A DNA stretch of 64,000 nt from Myxococcota bacterium (GCA_963674735.2 CAXXQS010000002.1:1152001-1216000), one strand, 5' to 3'. Shown: positions 19,469 through 32,446, numbered from the stretch's first letter. Translations and numbers: made by a program. The notes: generated by a model not told the origin, from the sequence alone.

Positions 19469-20358
19469 GCCAAACAGCGAAACCCAAAACCCGTGCCCTG
19501 GGCCGCGGTCTGTCCGCCCTGATTCCCGATGCGGCTCCCGTGCCGGTGGCGCCGAACCCCGAGCGCCCCGATCCCGAAGGGGTGCGACGCGTGCCGGTGG
19601 AAGAGGTTCGACCCATGCCGGGTCAGCCGCGTTCCCGTTTCGCCCCGAACGACTTGAACGACCTGGCCGCTTCCATCACCGAAAACGGCATCCTGCAGCC
19701 GCTGCTGGTGCGCTCGGCTCCCGACGGTTACGAGCTGATCGCCGGAGAACGGCGCTGGCGGGCCGCCCAGTTGGCGGGATTGGCCACGGTTCCGGTGATC
19801 CTGAAAGAAGTCGAAACCGCCGTGGCCTTCCAACTGGCGTTGGTTGAAAATCTGCAGCGTGAAAACCTGAATCCCGTGGATGTCGGGCGGGCTTTTCAGC
19901 GCATGATGGACGACTATCAGCTCACGCAGGAAGACGTGGCCGAGCGGGTGGGCAAAGACCGCAGCAGCGTGGCCAACCATCTGCGCATTCTCAAACTCCC
20001 CCGACATTTCGTGGCCGCTGTCGAGGATGGCAAGCTGAGTTTCGGTCACGCCCGTTGCCTGGCCGGTTTGAGCGGTCCCCAACTGGCGCAGCTGGATGAT
20101 GCCAAATTGGTGGCCGGTCACATGTCGGTGCGCGAACTGGAACGCCGGGCCGCCGCTCTGAAAGCGGGTCGCGAACGAAAAGGTCAGAGTGCCTCGTCCC
20201 AGAGTGCGCAGGTGCGGTATCTGCAGCGTCAGCTTGAACAACATCTGGGTTTAAAAGTGCGCTTGAAAGACCGCAACGGCCGCGGGCAGCTGGCGATCGA
20301 CTACGCCAATCTGGATGAACTGGATGGTCTGTTGCGTCTGCTGGGTATCGGGAACTGA
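19465..20358 (+). CDS. parB: Chromosome partitioning protein ParB/Spo0J
   Basis: ALGRGLSALI, QPR, GILQPLLVR, IAGERRWRAA, ENLQRENLNP, GKDRSSVANHLR. RBS AAGGAG before ATG 19465. Confidence 0.98.
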   Translation: MSQTAKPKTRALGRGLSALIPDAAPVPVAPNPERPDPEGVRRVPVEEVRPMPGQPRSRFAPNDLNDLAASITENGILQPLLVRSAPDGYELIAGERRWRAAQLAGLATVPVILKEVETAVAFQLALVENLQRENLNPVDVGRAFQRMMDDYQLTQEDVAERVGKDRSSVANHLRILKLPRHFVAAVEDGKLSFGHARCLAGLSGPQLAQLDDAKLVAGHMSVRELERRAAALKAGRERKGQSASSQSAQVRYLQRQLEQHLGLKVRLKDRNGRGQLAIDYANLDELDGLLRLLGIGN

Positions 20359-20491
20359 GGCCGGATCGCGGCGCTTGGTCCGTTTCGGAACGGGGCTGAA
20401 GCCCGGCTGCGAATTCGGGCAAGTGAAAGAAAAAAGTTGCAATTTTCGTCCGATGGGCTAAAACAAGAAAAACGTATGACCGTGAGGAACC

Positions 20492-20869
20492 ATGGCAGCT
20501 ACCAGCAACGAAATCAATGCTTTACTCGGAAAAGGAAGCCAGTTTGAAGGCAAGCTGACCTTCGAAGGCACCGTCCGAATCGATGGGCGCTTTAAAGGTG
20601 AGATCTTTTCCGACGACGTTCTGATCATCGGTGAAGGCGCGGAAGTCGAAGCCGAGATCAAGGTCAACCGGGTCGTGGTTTACGGTCAGGTTCGGGGTAA
20701 TGTCGTTGCCCCGGGCGGCGTCAACCTGCACGCTCCCGCTCGTCTGGTAGGGTCTATTTCCACACGCTCCCTGACGATCGATGAAGGCGTTGTATTCGAA
20801 GGGACCTGCCACATGGAAGCCCAGGGCGCGCCCCAAGGGAAACCGGCCGCTCCCGCCGCTGCCGACTAA
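20492..20869 (+). CDS. Bactofilin (polymer-forming cytoskeletal protein)
   Basis: LLGKGSQFEGKLTFEGTVRIDGRFKGEI...IGEGAEVEAEI...IDEGVVFEGTC beta-helix pattern. Confidence 0.93.
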   Translation: MAATSNEINALLGKGSQFEGKLTFEGTVRIDGRFKGEIFSDDVLIIGEGAEVEAEIKVNRVVVYGQVRGNVVAPGGVNLHAPARLVGSISTRSLTIDEGVVFEGTCHMEAQGAPQGKPAAPAAAD

Positions 20870-20956
20870 GCGCGCCGATTCTTGCTACACCCCCTGCCTG
20901 TCCGGGTGTGAATCCGGGGACTACGGGGTTGTCAAATAGAGCCCTTTCAGTAAAAC

Positions 20957-20986
20957 TTGACAAACCTCGTGGCGTTGTGTTACGAA
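20957..20986 (+). promoter_or_regulatory. Putative sigma70 promoter of the atp operon
   Basis: TTGACA followed 18 nt later by TG-n-TACGAA, upstream of the first atp gene. Confidence 0.45.
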
Positions 20987-21045
20987 CGTGGTCCCCTTTT
21001 GGTTTTGGGATGAACCGAGTAACAACAGTGAGGCGATAACGAACG

Positions 21046-21486
21046 ATGGCTGGTATCGATCTGCTGAACCTTAATGCGTCCGTCGTCTACCAGTTTGCCC
21101 TATTCCTGCTGACCCTCTTCGTCCTCAGCCGCTTTCTCGTGCGCCCGATGCTGGCCACGATGGCTGAACGTCGGCGTCGGTTGGTTCCGGCTGCCGAGGA
21201 TAGCGGACTGGAAGCCATGGTAAAAACCAAGGAAAAGGAGTATGCCGACCTGCTACAGCAGGTGCGCTCCGCCGGTTCCAAGGTGCGGTCGGAGCTTCGC
21301 GAAGCCGCCAAAGCCGATGAACGGGACATCCTGGCCAAAGCCCAATCCAGTGCCAATGCCCAGCTAAAAAAAGGCCAGGCCGAAATCGGCGATGCCGTCG
21401 AAGACGCGCGTCGCCAGATGGCGGGAGAGATCCCGGTTCTGGCGCGTGAACTGGCGCGAAAGATCCTCGGACGGGAGGTGCAATAG
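21046..21486 (+). CDS. atpF: F0F1 ATP synthase subunit b'
   Basis: N-terminal TM (QFALFLLTLFVLSRFLVRP), coiled-coil, KILGR end; first gene of the atp cluster. Confidence 0.85.
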   Translation: MAGIDLLNLNASVVYQFALFLLTLFVLSRFLVRPMLATMAERRRRLVPAAEDSGLEAMVKTKEKEYADLLQQVRSAGSKVRSELREAAKADERDILAKAQSSANAQLKKGQAEIGDAVEDARRQMAGEIPVLARELARKILGREVQ

Positions 21487-21487
21487 C

Positions 21488-22078
21488 ATGTCGACCGCAT
21501 TCCTGCGAATAGGGATCTTGGCGGGTTTTATGCTGTTTAGCGGACTCGCTTCGGCCTGGGCTTCGGAAGCGGCCCACGCGGGCGAGCACCACGTCAACTG
21601 GGTGTACGTCATCAGCCTGTTCTTCAATTTCATCGCCTTCATCACCATCATGGTGTTTCTGCTTAGAAAGCCGGTGTCGCGCTTTTTTGCCGACCGCGCC
21701 GATGAAGTCCGGGCGCGTTTGGAAGCGGCCGACCGGGCACGCGAGAAGGCCGAAGCCAAGGGCCGTGAATACGCCTGCAAAATCGACGAACTGGTCGCCA
21801 CTCGCGAAGAAGTCATGACTCAGTCGCGGGCGGAAGCCGTCTATGAAAAAGAACGCATCCTCGATACAGCCCGCCGTCAGGCCGAGCGCCTGCAGAAAGA
21901 CGCCGAACGCAATATCGCCATCGAGATCGATAAAGCCACCCGCCAGTTATCGGCGGAAGCGGCGCGCGCCATCGCGGAACAGGCGGAAGAACTTCTAACA
22001 CAGGCCGCCACATCCGACGATACGGTCCGTCTGGCGGATGATTACATCGAATCGATTCGGGAGGTGAAGCGGGCATGA
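21488..22078 (+). CDS. atpF: F0F1 ATP synthase subunit b
   Basis: Signal-like leader with His-rich linker, FNFIAFITIMVFLLRKP TM, coiled-coil; directly before delta. Confidence 0.88.
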   Translation: MSTAFLRIGILAGFMLFSGLASAWASEAAHAGEHHVNWVYVISLFFNFIAFITIMVFLLRKPVSRFFADRADEVRARLEAADRAREKAEAKGREYACKIDELVATREEVMTQSRAEAVYEKERILDTARRQAERLQKDAERNIAIEIDKATRQLSAEAARAIAEQAEELLTQAATSDDTVRLADDYIESIREVKRA

Positions 22079-22617
22079 GACGATCCGCCCTCGCCAAGCG
22101 TTACGCACGCGCCCTGATCGGCGTCGCCGGTTCCCTGGGTGACGCCGACAAACTGGCCGGCGACTTGATGATCTTCGTCGAAGCGGTGCGCCAATGCGCC
22201 GATCTCGACCAGATTCTCATCAATCCGACCTTCAGAACCGAGCGTGCCGCCGTGGTTAAAAGTGTCGCCGCCGAGCTCAAGCTCGGGTCATCGGCTCAGC
22301 GCGTTCTCGACTATCTGGTCGAACGGGACCGCATCCGCTATTTGTCGGAAATCGTCGACATGCTGCGTGAGTTGGTCGAAGAAAAAACCGGCAAGATCCG
22401 CGCTCAGGTCGTGACCGCGGCAGAGTTGCCGGAGGATCGTTATCAGCGCATTAAAGCCGCCCTCGGACGTCTGACCGGCCGACAGGTGGTGATCGAAAAA
22501 GAGGTAGACCCCAGTTTGATCGGCGGGGTGTTGGCCCGCGTCGGTTCCGTGGTTTACGACGGAAGCATTCGTACGCAATTGCGTCATTTCAGGGCCTCAA
22601 TGGGTAAGGAGAATTGA
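22075..22617 (+). CDS. atpH: ATP synthase F1 delta
   Basis: [22 protein letters not shown]. Confidence 0.96.
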   Translation: MRRSALAKRYARALIGVAGSLGDADKLAGDLMIFVEAVRQCADLDQILINPTFRTERAAVVKSVAAELKLGSSAQRVLDYLVERDRIRYLSEIVDMLRELVEEKTGKIRAQVVTAAELPEDRYQRIKAALGRLTGRQVVIEKEVDPSLIGGVLARVGSVVYDGSIRTQLRHFRASMGKEN

Positions 22618-22618
22618 C

Positions 22619-24289
<1,671 letters not shown>

Positions 24290-24318
24290 TGACGACAGGT
24301 TGAATGTGAAGGGGTGAT

Positions 24319-25185
24319 ATGCCGAGTCTCAAGGATATACGCAAGCGCATCGACAGCGTGAAAAACACGCAGAAGATCACCAAGGCCATGAAGATGGTGG
24401 CCGCGGCCAAGCTGCGCCGCGCCCAGGAGGCCATCCTCAACACGCGTCCGTATGCGCGCCGTATCGACGGCCTGATCAAAGGGCTCACCGAGGTGCTGGA
24501 CGAATATATGCACCCGATGATGGTCCCGCATGAAGAGGTCAAGTCGATTGCTCTGCTGGTTATCACCGGTGATAAGGGCCTGTGCGGCGCATTCAATGCC
24601 AACATTCTGCGCACGGTGCGGCGCGTGCTGGAACAGGATTGGAAAGACCGCGACGTCCGGCTCTACCTGGTCGGGCGCAAGGCCATAGATTTCTACAAAA
24701 ACAAACCGGTTAGCATCGCCCGTACGTTCCCCGAGATTTTCCAGCACAACCTGATCGAAGAATCCGATGCGGTGGCGAGTCGGCTTGTGCGCGATTACCT
24801 CGATGGCAAAGCGGATGAAGTCTACGTGCTCTACAACGAATTCAAATCGGTGATGTCGCAAAACGTTTCTCTGGAGAAACTGGTGCCCATCACGCCCGAC
24901 GAAGAAGCCGAAAGCGTAGAGCATCACGAGTATACCTATGAACCCGGTCGCCGTGAGATCCTCGACGAACTGGTTCCCCAACATTTGTCGATGCAGATTT
25001 ACCGGTGCCTGCTTGAATCGCAATCGGCCGAATTCGCGGCACGTATGACCGCCATGGAGGGGGCCACCAAGAATGCCGGTGAAATGATCGATAAACTGAC
25101 GCTCGCTTTCAACCGGGCGCGTCAATCGGCGATTACTACGGAACTGATGGAGATTATCGGCGGCGCGGAAGCGCTGAAAGGCTAA
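24319..25185 (+). CDS. atpG: ATP synthase F1 gamma
   Basis: KITKAMKMVAAAK, DKGLCGAFN, ARMTAM, RQSAITTELMEI. Confidence 0.99.
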   Translation: MPSLKDIRKRIDSVKNTQKITKAMKMVAAAKLRRAQEAILNTRPYARRIDGLIKGLTEVLDEYMHPMMVPHEEVKSIALLVITGDKGLCGAFNANILRTVRRVLEQDWKDRDVRLYLVGRKAIDFYKNKPVSIARTFPEIFQHNLIEESDAVASRLVRDYLDGKADEVYVLYNEFKSVMSQNVSLEKLVPITPDEEAESVEHHEYTYEPGRREILDELVPQHLSMQIYRCLLESQSAEFAARMTAMEGATKNAGEMIDKLTLAFNRARQSAITTELMEIIGGAEALKG

Positions 25186-26640
<1,455 letters not shown>

Positions 26641-26661
26641 GCGGCCGGAGGATAGGAAACC

Positions 26662-27078
26662 ATGGCCGAGACAGACAAGCTCAAGGTCACCATCGTCACA
26701 CCCGAAGGCGAGAAACTCGATTGCGAGGCGGATGAAATCGTGGCGCCCGGATTCGAGGGCCAATTCGGTGTCATGCCCGAACATATCGAATTCTTCACCA
26801 AGAGTCCGCCAGGTGTCTTCGTATGTGTGCGGCAAGGGACGCGCGAGGTGTGGGCCGTGGGAAAAGGCTTCATCGAGGTGCAGCCCGGCGCCGTGCGATT
26901 GCTGGTTCAAACCGCCGAGCGCAAAGAAAACATCGATCGTCAACGTGCCGAGGCATCGCTTCACCGGGCCGAAGATACCATGTCCAAGTTGGACGGCAAT
27001 CTCGACGATCCCGATTGGACCGAGCAGGAGCTTCGGCTCAAGCGCGCCGAAGCCCGGTTGGGGGCCTTGGCCGACTGA
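26662..27078 (+). CDS. atpC: ATP synthase F1 epsilon
   Basis: IVTPE, PGFEGQFGVMPEH, GFIEV, ID..RA, LKRAEARL. Confidence 0.95.
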   Translation: MAETDKLKVTIVTPEGEKLDCEADEIVAPGFEGQFGVMPEHIEFFTKSPPGVFVCVRQGTREVWAVGKGFIEVQPGAVRLLVQTAERKENIDRQRAEASLHRAEDTMSKLDGNLDDPDWTEQELRLKRAEARLGALAD

Positions 27079-27102
27079 AGCTTAACCCGTTTCATCTTTA
27101 TG

Positions 27103-27136
27103 ACACCCGGTGTATCAACGCCGGGTGTTTGCGTTT
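27103..27136 (+). terminator. Hairpin terminator after atpC
   Basis: ACACCCGGTGT-ATCA-ACGCCGGGTGT followed by TTGCGTTT. Confidence 0.6.
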
Positions 27137-27270
27137 AGAGTGGATCCTGATGCTTCGTTTCCGTTTCATACCCTTCACCGGGATCTTTCGGTGAACGTCA
27201 CAAAATCACGTTGATACGTTTTCAAGCTGCTGGACCGATTCCGGGTGGTAAACGACAGAAGGAGCCTGTT

Positions 27271-28794
27271 ATGTCATCTTTGGGCGGCAACCCATCGCCC
27301 GCATTTTGGGGGCGAGTCATTTCCCACACCATGCCGGTGGTGGTGATGGTTCTGATGATTTCCGGGTTGTGGGTTGTCGAGCGCCTTGATACCCGGCGTT
27401 ACGATAGCGAACGACGCACACGCGTTCTTTCCGAACTCAGCGTGATTCGGGCCAATCTCGAAGGTGAATTGAACGGGGAAATCCTGCTTGCCCGCAGCCT
27501 GGTAACGGAAGTCGCCACCGGTCCGAATATCACGCAAGAGCGCTTTAATAAAGTCGTGCGCCATTTCATGACCGCCTCACGCCATATTCGCAATCTTGGC
27601 TTATCTCGCGGGACCGTTCTCGAATTCGTCTATCCGTACAAAGGCAATGAAGCCGCTATCGGTTTGGATTATCGAAAAATTCCGGATCAATGGCCAGCCG
27701 TCAAGCGTGCCATCGATAGCCACAAAATCGTGGTGGCAGGGCCCTTAACCTTGGTGCAGGGCGGTTGGGGAATCATTGGGCGAACGCCGGTTTTTCTGCC
27801 GGGGCCTGATGGAGAACCCGGAGGCGGGGAATTTTTCGGAATCGCCTCCATCGCACTGGATGTTCCGAGCTTGTTTTCTGCGGCGGGTTTGCACGATACC
27901 GACTTCATGCGTGTCGCCATTCGCGGCAAAGACGGGTTGGGAGAACGGGGCGAGGTGTTTCTCGGAAAAGCGGAGCTGTTTGCGCAGGATCCGGTTTTGC
28001 TGGATGTCTCCATTCCCGACGGTCACTGGCAATTGGCCGCCTTGCCCATGGGAGGCTGGGGAACTCCGTCGCCGCGTACTCCTTACTATCGTGCGGTGAC
28101 GCTGGCGGTGCTGGTGATCGTCTTTTGGTTGTTTTGGATTCAAATTCGCGCCATGCGCCGCCAACGGGTTATGGAAGCCGCGTTGGCGCGCAGCGAAGAA
28201 CGGCTGCGCGTCACCATCGAAGCGGCGGGTGTTTACCGTTGGGAGATCGATCTTGTTTCCGGTAGCGGATGGATGGATCACCGTTGGCTGAAAGATTTGA
28301 TGGGTTACAATCAACCGGGGGAAGGGCCGCAGAGGCTTGAAGATTATATGGAGCTGTTGCACCCAGACGATTGGACGGTGTTCGAAAATGCAGTGTGGGC
28401 CCATACTAACGGAGAGACTCCGTATTACGAGTGTGACCTGCGCATGCGAAACCGGTCGGGTGAATGGGTGTGGCAGATTCACAAGGGAAAACTGGTGGAA
28501 CGCGACGAAAATGGAAACATAATGCGATTGATCGGCGTCAATATCGATGCCCGTGAACGTAAGCAGATAGAAGCCGAACGGGAAAAGCTGATTCACGATT
28601 TGCAGCATGCGCTCGAACAAGTCAAGACGCTCAGCGGATTGTTGCCGATTTGCGCATCATGCAAGAAAATTCGTGACGATAAAGGTTATTGGAACCAGAT
28701 TGAACTTTATATTCACGAGCATTCGGAGGCGGAGTTCAGTCACGGTCTGTGTCCCGATTGCGCCAAGAAGATGTACCCAGATATCGACATGTAA
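27271..28794 (+). CDS. CHASE + PAS sensor with C-terminal Cys4 domain (no kinase/cyclase domain)
   Basis: TM-CHASE (GNEAAIGLDY, AGPLTLVQGG)-TM, PAS/PAC (LHPDD, GEWVW, GVNIDA), C-terminal LSGLLPICASCKKIRDDKGYW...FSHGLCPDC. RBS AGGAG before ATG 27271. Confidence 0.85.
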   Translation: MSSLGGNPSPAFWGRVISHTMPVVVMVLMISGLWVVERLDTRRYDSERRTRVLSELSVIRANLEGELNGEILLARSLVTEVATGPNITQERFNKVVRHFMTASRHIRNLGLSRGTVLEFVYPYKGNEAAIGLDYRKIPDQWPAVKRAIDSHKIVVAGPLTLVQGGWGIIGRTPVFLPGPDGEPGGGEFFGIASIALDVPSLFSAAGLHDTDFMRVAIRGKDGLGERGEVFLGKAELFAQDPVLLDVSIPDGHWQLAALPMGGWGTPSPRTPYYRAVTLAVLVIVFWLFWIQIRAMRRQRVMEAALARSEERLRVTIEAAGVYRWEIDLVSGSGWMDHRWLKDLMGYNQPGEGPQRLEDYMELLHPDDWTVFENAVWAHTNGETPYYECDLRMRNRSGEWVWQIHKGKLVERDENGNIMRLIGVNIDARERKQIEAEREKLIHDLQHALEQVKTLSGLLPICASCKKIRDDKGYWNQIELYIHEHSEAEFSHGLCPDCAKKMYPDIDM

Positions 28795-28948
28795 TTTCGC
28801 AATAAAAGTCATCGTTTGTAACAGCCTGGTATCCCTTGAAAGATCTGGCTGAGGGACACCCATACGCCTGAATCGATGCAGCCGATTTTGACGGATGTCT
28901 TTCTATTCGATATAATCCCCAAGATTAAATTATTACTCAGGAGTTGTC

Positions 28949-29446
28949 ATGATTCAAGCCAGACGATTTGTACTGTTGATTGCATGTTTGTGTATGGGAG
29001 TGCTTATGTTGGCCTGCGGCGGCTCCGATTACGAACCTCCAAGTCCGAAAGAAGTAGAGGCGCAGTGCGTCGCTGCCACGCCGAAAATCTGTGCGGCCAC
29101 TTCGGCCTGTTACGAAGATACGCTCGGTTCGGAATTTACCGAGGATCTGGTTGAAGTCTGTATCGAAAAGTCGCTTCCGTTCTGCGAAGCCCAGATCTAC
29201 ACACCCGAGTCGTGTTTCCAGATGTATGTGTCGATTTTAACTTGTTACGCAGCATATTTCGAGAGTTTTGAGGACTCGGATGAACGTAGTCGGGTTGGAT
29301 GTTGCATCGGATCACTGATCACAGGTGCTGATGACCTCTATCCATCCGCTGACTGCGAGCCCTATTGGGCGGATCTTTCAAAATTCTGCGGCCTTTATTC
29401 GCTTGAAGGTTGTGAGATCGATTACGCTTTGGAACAGTACCGTTGA
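28949..29446 (+). CDS. Cys-rich acidic lipoprotein
   Basis: Lipobox MLAC-GG, about 12 Cys in the mature part, RBS AGGAG. Confidence 0.75.
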   Translation: MIQARRFVLLIACLCMGVLMLACGGSDYEPPSPKEVEAQCVAATPKICAATSACYEDTLGSEFTEDLVEVCIEKSLPFCEAQIYTPESCFQMYVSILTCYAAYFESFEDSDERSRVGCCIGSLITGADDLYPSADCEPYWADLSKFCGLYSLEGCEIDYALEQYR

Positions 29447-29537
29447 AATTCTTTCGCCTCGATTATTGTTACCAGAGTACCGGGTATGAATCGCTTGCTT
29501 GTAAAGATGGAAGCAAAACGAAACATTCAATTGGTAT

Positions 29538-30251
29538 ATGGTGGAAGAAAAGATGAGCAAGACATCCCCCAAAAAAGATCGCCTCAGTAAGCGATTACCG
29601 GTTCGCTACGGTCCAGATACGCCTCGATTCATCGGGTTTATGAAAAACCTGTCGGCCAAAGGCGCCGCGATCATCGGAAAGGTTGTTTTCTCCTCCGCGT
29701 CGCGTTTGCAGATAGAAGTGGACTATCGTGGAAAACCACTCGCGTTGACGGGGCGGGTCTGCTGGTCGAGCGATGCCGACGAAGCGAAACGTCAGCTGGT
29801 TTCGGGCTCGATGGTTATGCACAGTATGGGAGTTGAATTTATCGAACGCCCCGCCGATTACCTGGATTTCTTGGAAATGTTGGTTGAGTCGCAGAAAGAA
29901 TCGCGGTGTGAAAAACGCTGCGATATCATTCTGCGCGTGACGTTCGATTCCGCTGCGGAACTTTTAGAGGAATACACCAACAACATCAGTATGGGTGGCA
30001 CATTTATCACGTGCCTGACGCCGCCCGTGCTGAATTCCAGTATTGAAGTTCATCTGTTTATTGCCGAAGAGCTGGAAGTCATTCACGTCGAAAGCCGCGT
30101 GGTGCATGTCGTCACACCGGAAATGAGCGAACGGATCGGCCTGAATCCCGGAGTTGGAGTGCAGTTTACGCGGTTTTTCAACGATGACGAAGCGAAGCTC
30201 AAAGCCTATATCGATAGTTTGACGCAGGGTGAGGAACGACGCGAACGCTGA
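29538..30251 (+). CDS. Tandem PilZ-domain protein (second domain TIGR02266-like)
   Basis: DRLSKR...NLSAKGA and SRCEKR...EEYTNNISMGGTFI (RxxxR and D/NxSxxG motifs), GVGVQF. Confidence 0.85.
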   Translation: MVEEKMSKTSPKKDRLSKRLPVRYGPDTPRFIGFMKNLSAKGAAIIGKVVFSSASRLQIEVDYRGKPLALTGRVCWSSDADEAKRQLVSGSMVMHSMGVEFIERPADYLDFLEMLVESQKESRCEKRCDIILRVTFDSAAELLEEYTNNISMGGTFITCLTPPVLNSSIEVHLFIAEELEVIHVESRVVHVVTPEMSERIGLNPGVGVQFTRFFNDDEAKLKAYIDSLTQGEERRER

Positions 30252-30263
30252 AAGTTCAAATAT

Positions 30264-30716
30264 TCAGCGCAAACTTGAGGGTAGTTTTTTGAAGTCGTCC
30301 GTGTTTTCCAGCTCGGCGATCAACGAAAAAAGCGTCTTGGGGGGCGCGATAAGGCGGCGCTGCTTCAGGTCGAGCCAACCGCCGCTGGAATGAACCACCG
30401 CTGCAACTTGCCGGTCGGCACGCAAAAAACGGTTTTCCAAACTGAAGTGGGAGCCGTCGTCACTCAAACCCGCCAGGCGCAATTCAACGGTTACCGAGTC
30501 GAGCATGCGCACCTCGCGAAAATACTCGATCTCGTCCCGGCGCACCACCGGACCGATCAAACGTCGTTCGAATTCCCGCATTGAAAAACCCTGGGCGTCG
30601 AAATACAGCATGCGCGTATCGGCGGAAAGGTCGAGGTAGGCGGTATTGCGCATGTGACCATTGAAATCCATGCTGCCCCAACCGGCTCGAAATTCCTGAC
30701 GAAAGACAATCGACAT
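30264..30716 (-). CDS. Acyl-CoA thioesterase (hotdog, 4HBT/FcbC-like)
   Basis: WGSMDFNGHMRNTAY, GPVVRRDEIEYFRE; RBS GGGAG before ATG 30716. Confidence 0.88.
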   Translation of the reverse strand: MSIVFRQEFRAGWGSMDFNGHMRNTAYLDLSADTRMLYFDAQGFSMREFERRLIGPVVRRDEIEYFREVRMLDSVTVELRLAGLSDDGSHFSLENRFLRADRQVAAVVHSSGGWLDLKQRRLIAPPKTLFSLIAELENTDDFKKLPSSLR

Positions 30717-30767
30717 TGCTTTCTCCCATGGACGATCGAATAGAAAACCATCAACACGAATAGTCCA

Positions 30768-30829
30768 TTGCATAATAAAATGTAGTTTACACTTTTAAAT
30801 TTCATTATGCAACGTTATACTGGTTGCAT
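30768..30829. promoter_or_regulatory. Operator-like inverted repeats in the thioesterase/HxlR divergent promoter
   Basis: TTGCATAATAAAAT (30768-30781) and ATTTCATTATGCAA (30799-30812) form a 14-bp IR with 1 mismatch; ATGCAAC-N9-GTTGCAT (30807-30829); -10 TATACT lies 6 nt before ATG 30828. Confidence 0.6.
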
Positions 30830-31334
30830 GAAACGAGAAGACTTTTCCCATCTCGAATGTCCGCTGGCGCGAGTCCTTGAAGGGCTAGGTGAATGGTGGA
30901 CGATGTTGGTGGTCCGTGACCTGTTCTACGGGATCGATACCTTCGAGGCGCTTTGCCGCGATTTGGGAATCGCACGAAATATTCTGGTCGATCGTCTGCG
31001 CAAACTGGAAGCTCACGAGGTGGTGGAGCGCCGTCTTTACCAAGCGAAGCCGAAACGTTATCGTTACAGGTTGACTCCGAAAGGGCTCGATCTGTTTCCG
31101 GTGATATTGGCGATGATCGCCTGGAGCGAACGCTGGGAATCGCCGGAAGGCGCAGTGATTCAGTTCATTCACGGAACGGACGGCCATGTCGTGACTCCGG
31201 AACTGCGGTGTCGCGTTTGCAACCAACCCATCTCCCTTGGCGACGTGCGCGTTCAGGTCGGGCCGGGTGTCCAACATCCGGAAGCCTTGCCCCTGCCTCT
31301 TCGTCCCCCCAAAAACGAAAACCACGGCGACTAG
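30828..31334 (+). CDS. HxlR-family winged-HTH transcriptional regulator
   Basis: CPLARVLEGLGEWWTMLVVRD, GIARNILVDRL, YRLTPKGLDL, C-terminal CRVC. Confidence 0.92.
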   Translation: MKREDFSHLECPLARVLEGLGEWWTMLVVRDLFYGIDTFEALCRDLGIARNILVDRLRKLEAHEVVERRLYQAKPKRYRYRLTPKGLDLFPVILAMIAWSERWESPEGAVIQFIHGTDGHVVTPELRCRVCNQPISLGDVRVQVGPGVQHPEALPLPLRPPKNENHGD

Positions 31335-31415
31335 TTTCCGGGGATCTCCAGGATCCGGTTTAGCCGAGATACGGCGGTACATCACCCGCATTGAAATGTC
31401 GGCCAAAATTAAAAG

Positions 31416-31444
31416 TTGACATATAGTAGCGTCCATAGTACATT
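31416..31444 (+). promoter_or_regulatory. Near-consensus sigma70 promoter
   Basis: TTGACA-N17-TACATT with A-rich sequence upstream. Confidence 0.65.
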
Positions 31445-31615
31445 ATATTTAGGGTTTTAAGAAGTAATAACAATTTGGAATAACGAACTCTGCCGATACC
31501 TCTATTCGGTTATGTTTCGCTTTGAATCGTGATCGAACGGTTCCATGTGGGGATGGAGTTTTGGGTGTCGGTGCTTAATTGTGCGCATGATGCAGGGGTA
31601 TGCAAGGGGGCTGTA

Positions 31616-31966
31616 ATGGCGAAAGAAAATAATACTCAGACAGTGGATGCGTTTGCTTTCGATGATTCGTCTTTCGGACAGGATTGGATTCGTCTGGGTG
31701 ATGAATACGTGGTGAAGGGTGTGCGCTATCTGCGTCAGGAGCGCCGATTGCAGGCGCGCCTGTTTTTCGATAAAGCGGTTCAGGCTTACGGTGAAGCGCA
31801 AAAACTGAATCCGGAAGATGCCCGGGTGTTTGGCGGACTGGGAAGTTGCCTTCTGCATCTCGGAATGCGCGCCCAGGCCCGGCAGGTTTTGGAGCGCGGT
31901 ATTGAGTTGGGTGATTCCAAGAGTCGCGCGACCTACAACTGGGCGGTTCGCAACGGGCAACTATAG
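31616..31966 (+). CDS. Small TPR protein
   Basis: AVQAYGEAQKLNPEDARVFGGLGSCLLHLG...ARQVLERGIEL TPR pattern; start at ATG 31616. Confidence 0.7.
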   Translation: MAKENNTQTVDAFAFDDSSFGQDWIRLGDEYVVKGVRYLRQERRLQARLFFDKAVQAYGEAQKLNPEDARVFGGLGSCLLHLGMRAQARQVLERGIELGDSKSRATYNWAVRNGQL

Positions 31967-32070
31967 TCTGCACGATTCGACCGCATCACCCGATCGCGGT
32001 GATGTGTCTGTCGAGTTTTTTGGGGATACTGCGAGAGCTTACATTTGAAGTCTTTTTTGGGGGAGGCCAC

Positions 32071-32097
32071 AAAAAACGGCGCGAGTAATCGCGCCGT
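32071..32097 (-). terminator. Intrinsic terminator
   Basis: Minus strand ACGGCGCGA-TTAC-TCGCGCCGT followed by a T run. Confidence 0.75.
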
Positions 32098-32119
32098 GGC
32101 CGTTTTATGGAGATGTGAA

Positions 32120-32446
32120 TTACCTATCCATCCCGTATTCATCATCATAGGAATCGTCCGAGGCTTCTTCGGTGATATCCGGGCATTGTTCGTCAACGCA
32201 GTCGAAGAAGGCTTCGCAGACATCCTGGCTTTTGCAGGCGAGGCACTCGGACGGAAAGTTGTTTGTCAGACAACTCGCGATGCAATCGTCTTGGTTCATC
32301 GTTTCACTCGCCAATTCATCCAAACACTCGACGCCGAGCGCGCAGAGATCGCGGCAATCACTTTCGCTGGCGCCGTCATCGCCACCGCAGGCAGCCAGCA
32401 ACACAATCAGGGTCAGCAGGAAGCCGGAAATAAAGATTCGTAACAT
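32120..32446 (-). CDS. Small Cys-rich acidic lipoprotein
   Basis: Lipobox LAAC-GG; Cx3Cx5C...Cx3C...CEAFFDC. Confidence 0.8.
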   Translation of the reverse strand: MLRIFISGFLLTLIVLLAACGGDDGASESDCRDLCALGVECLDELASETMNQDDCIASCLTNNFPSECLACKSQDVCEAFFDCVDEQCPDITEEASDDSYDDEYGMDR

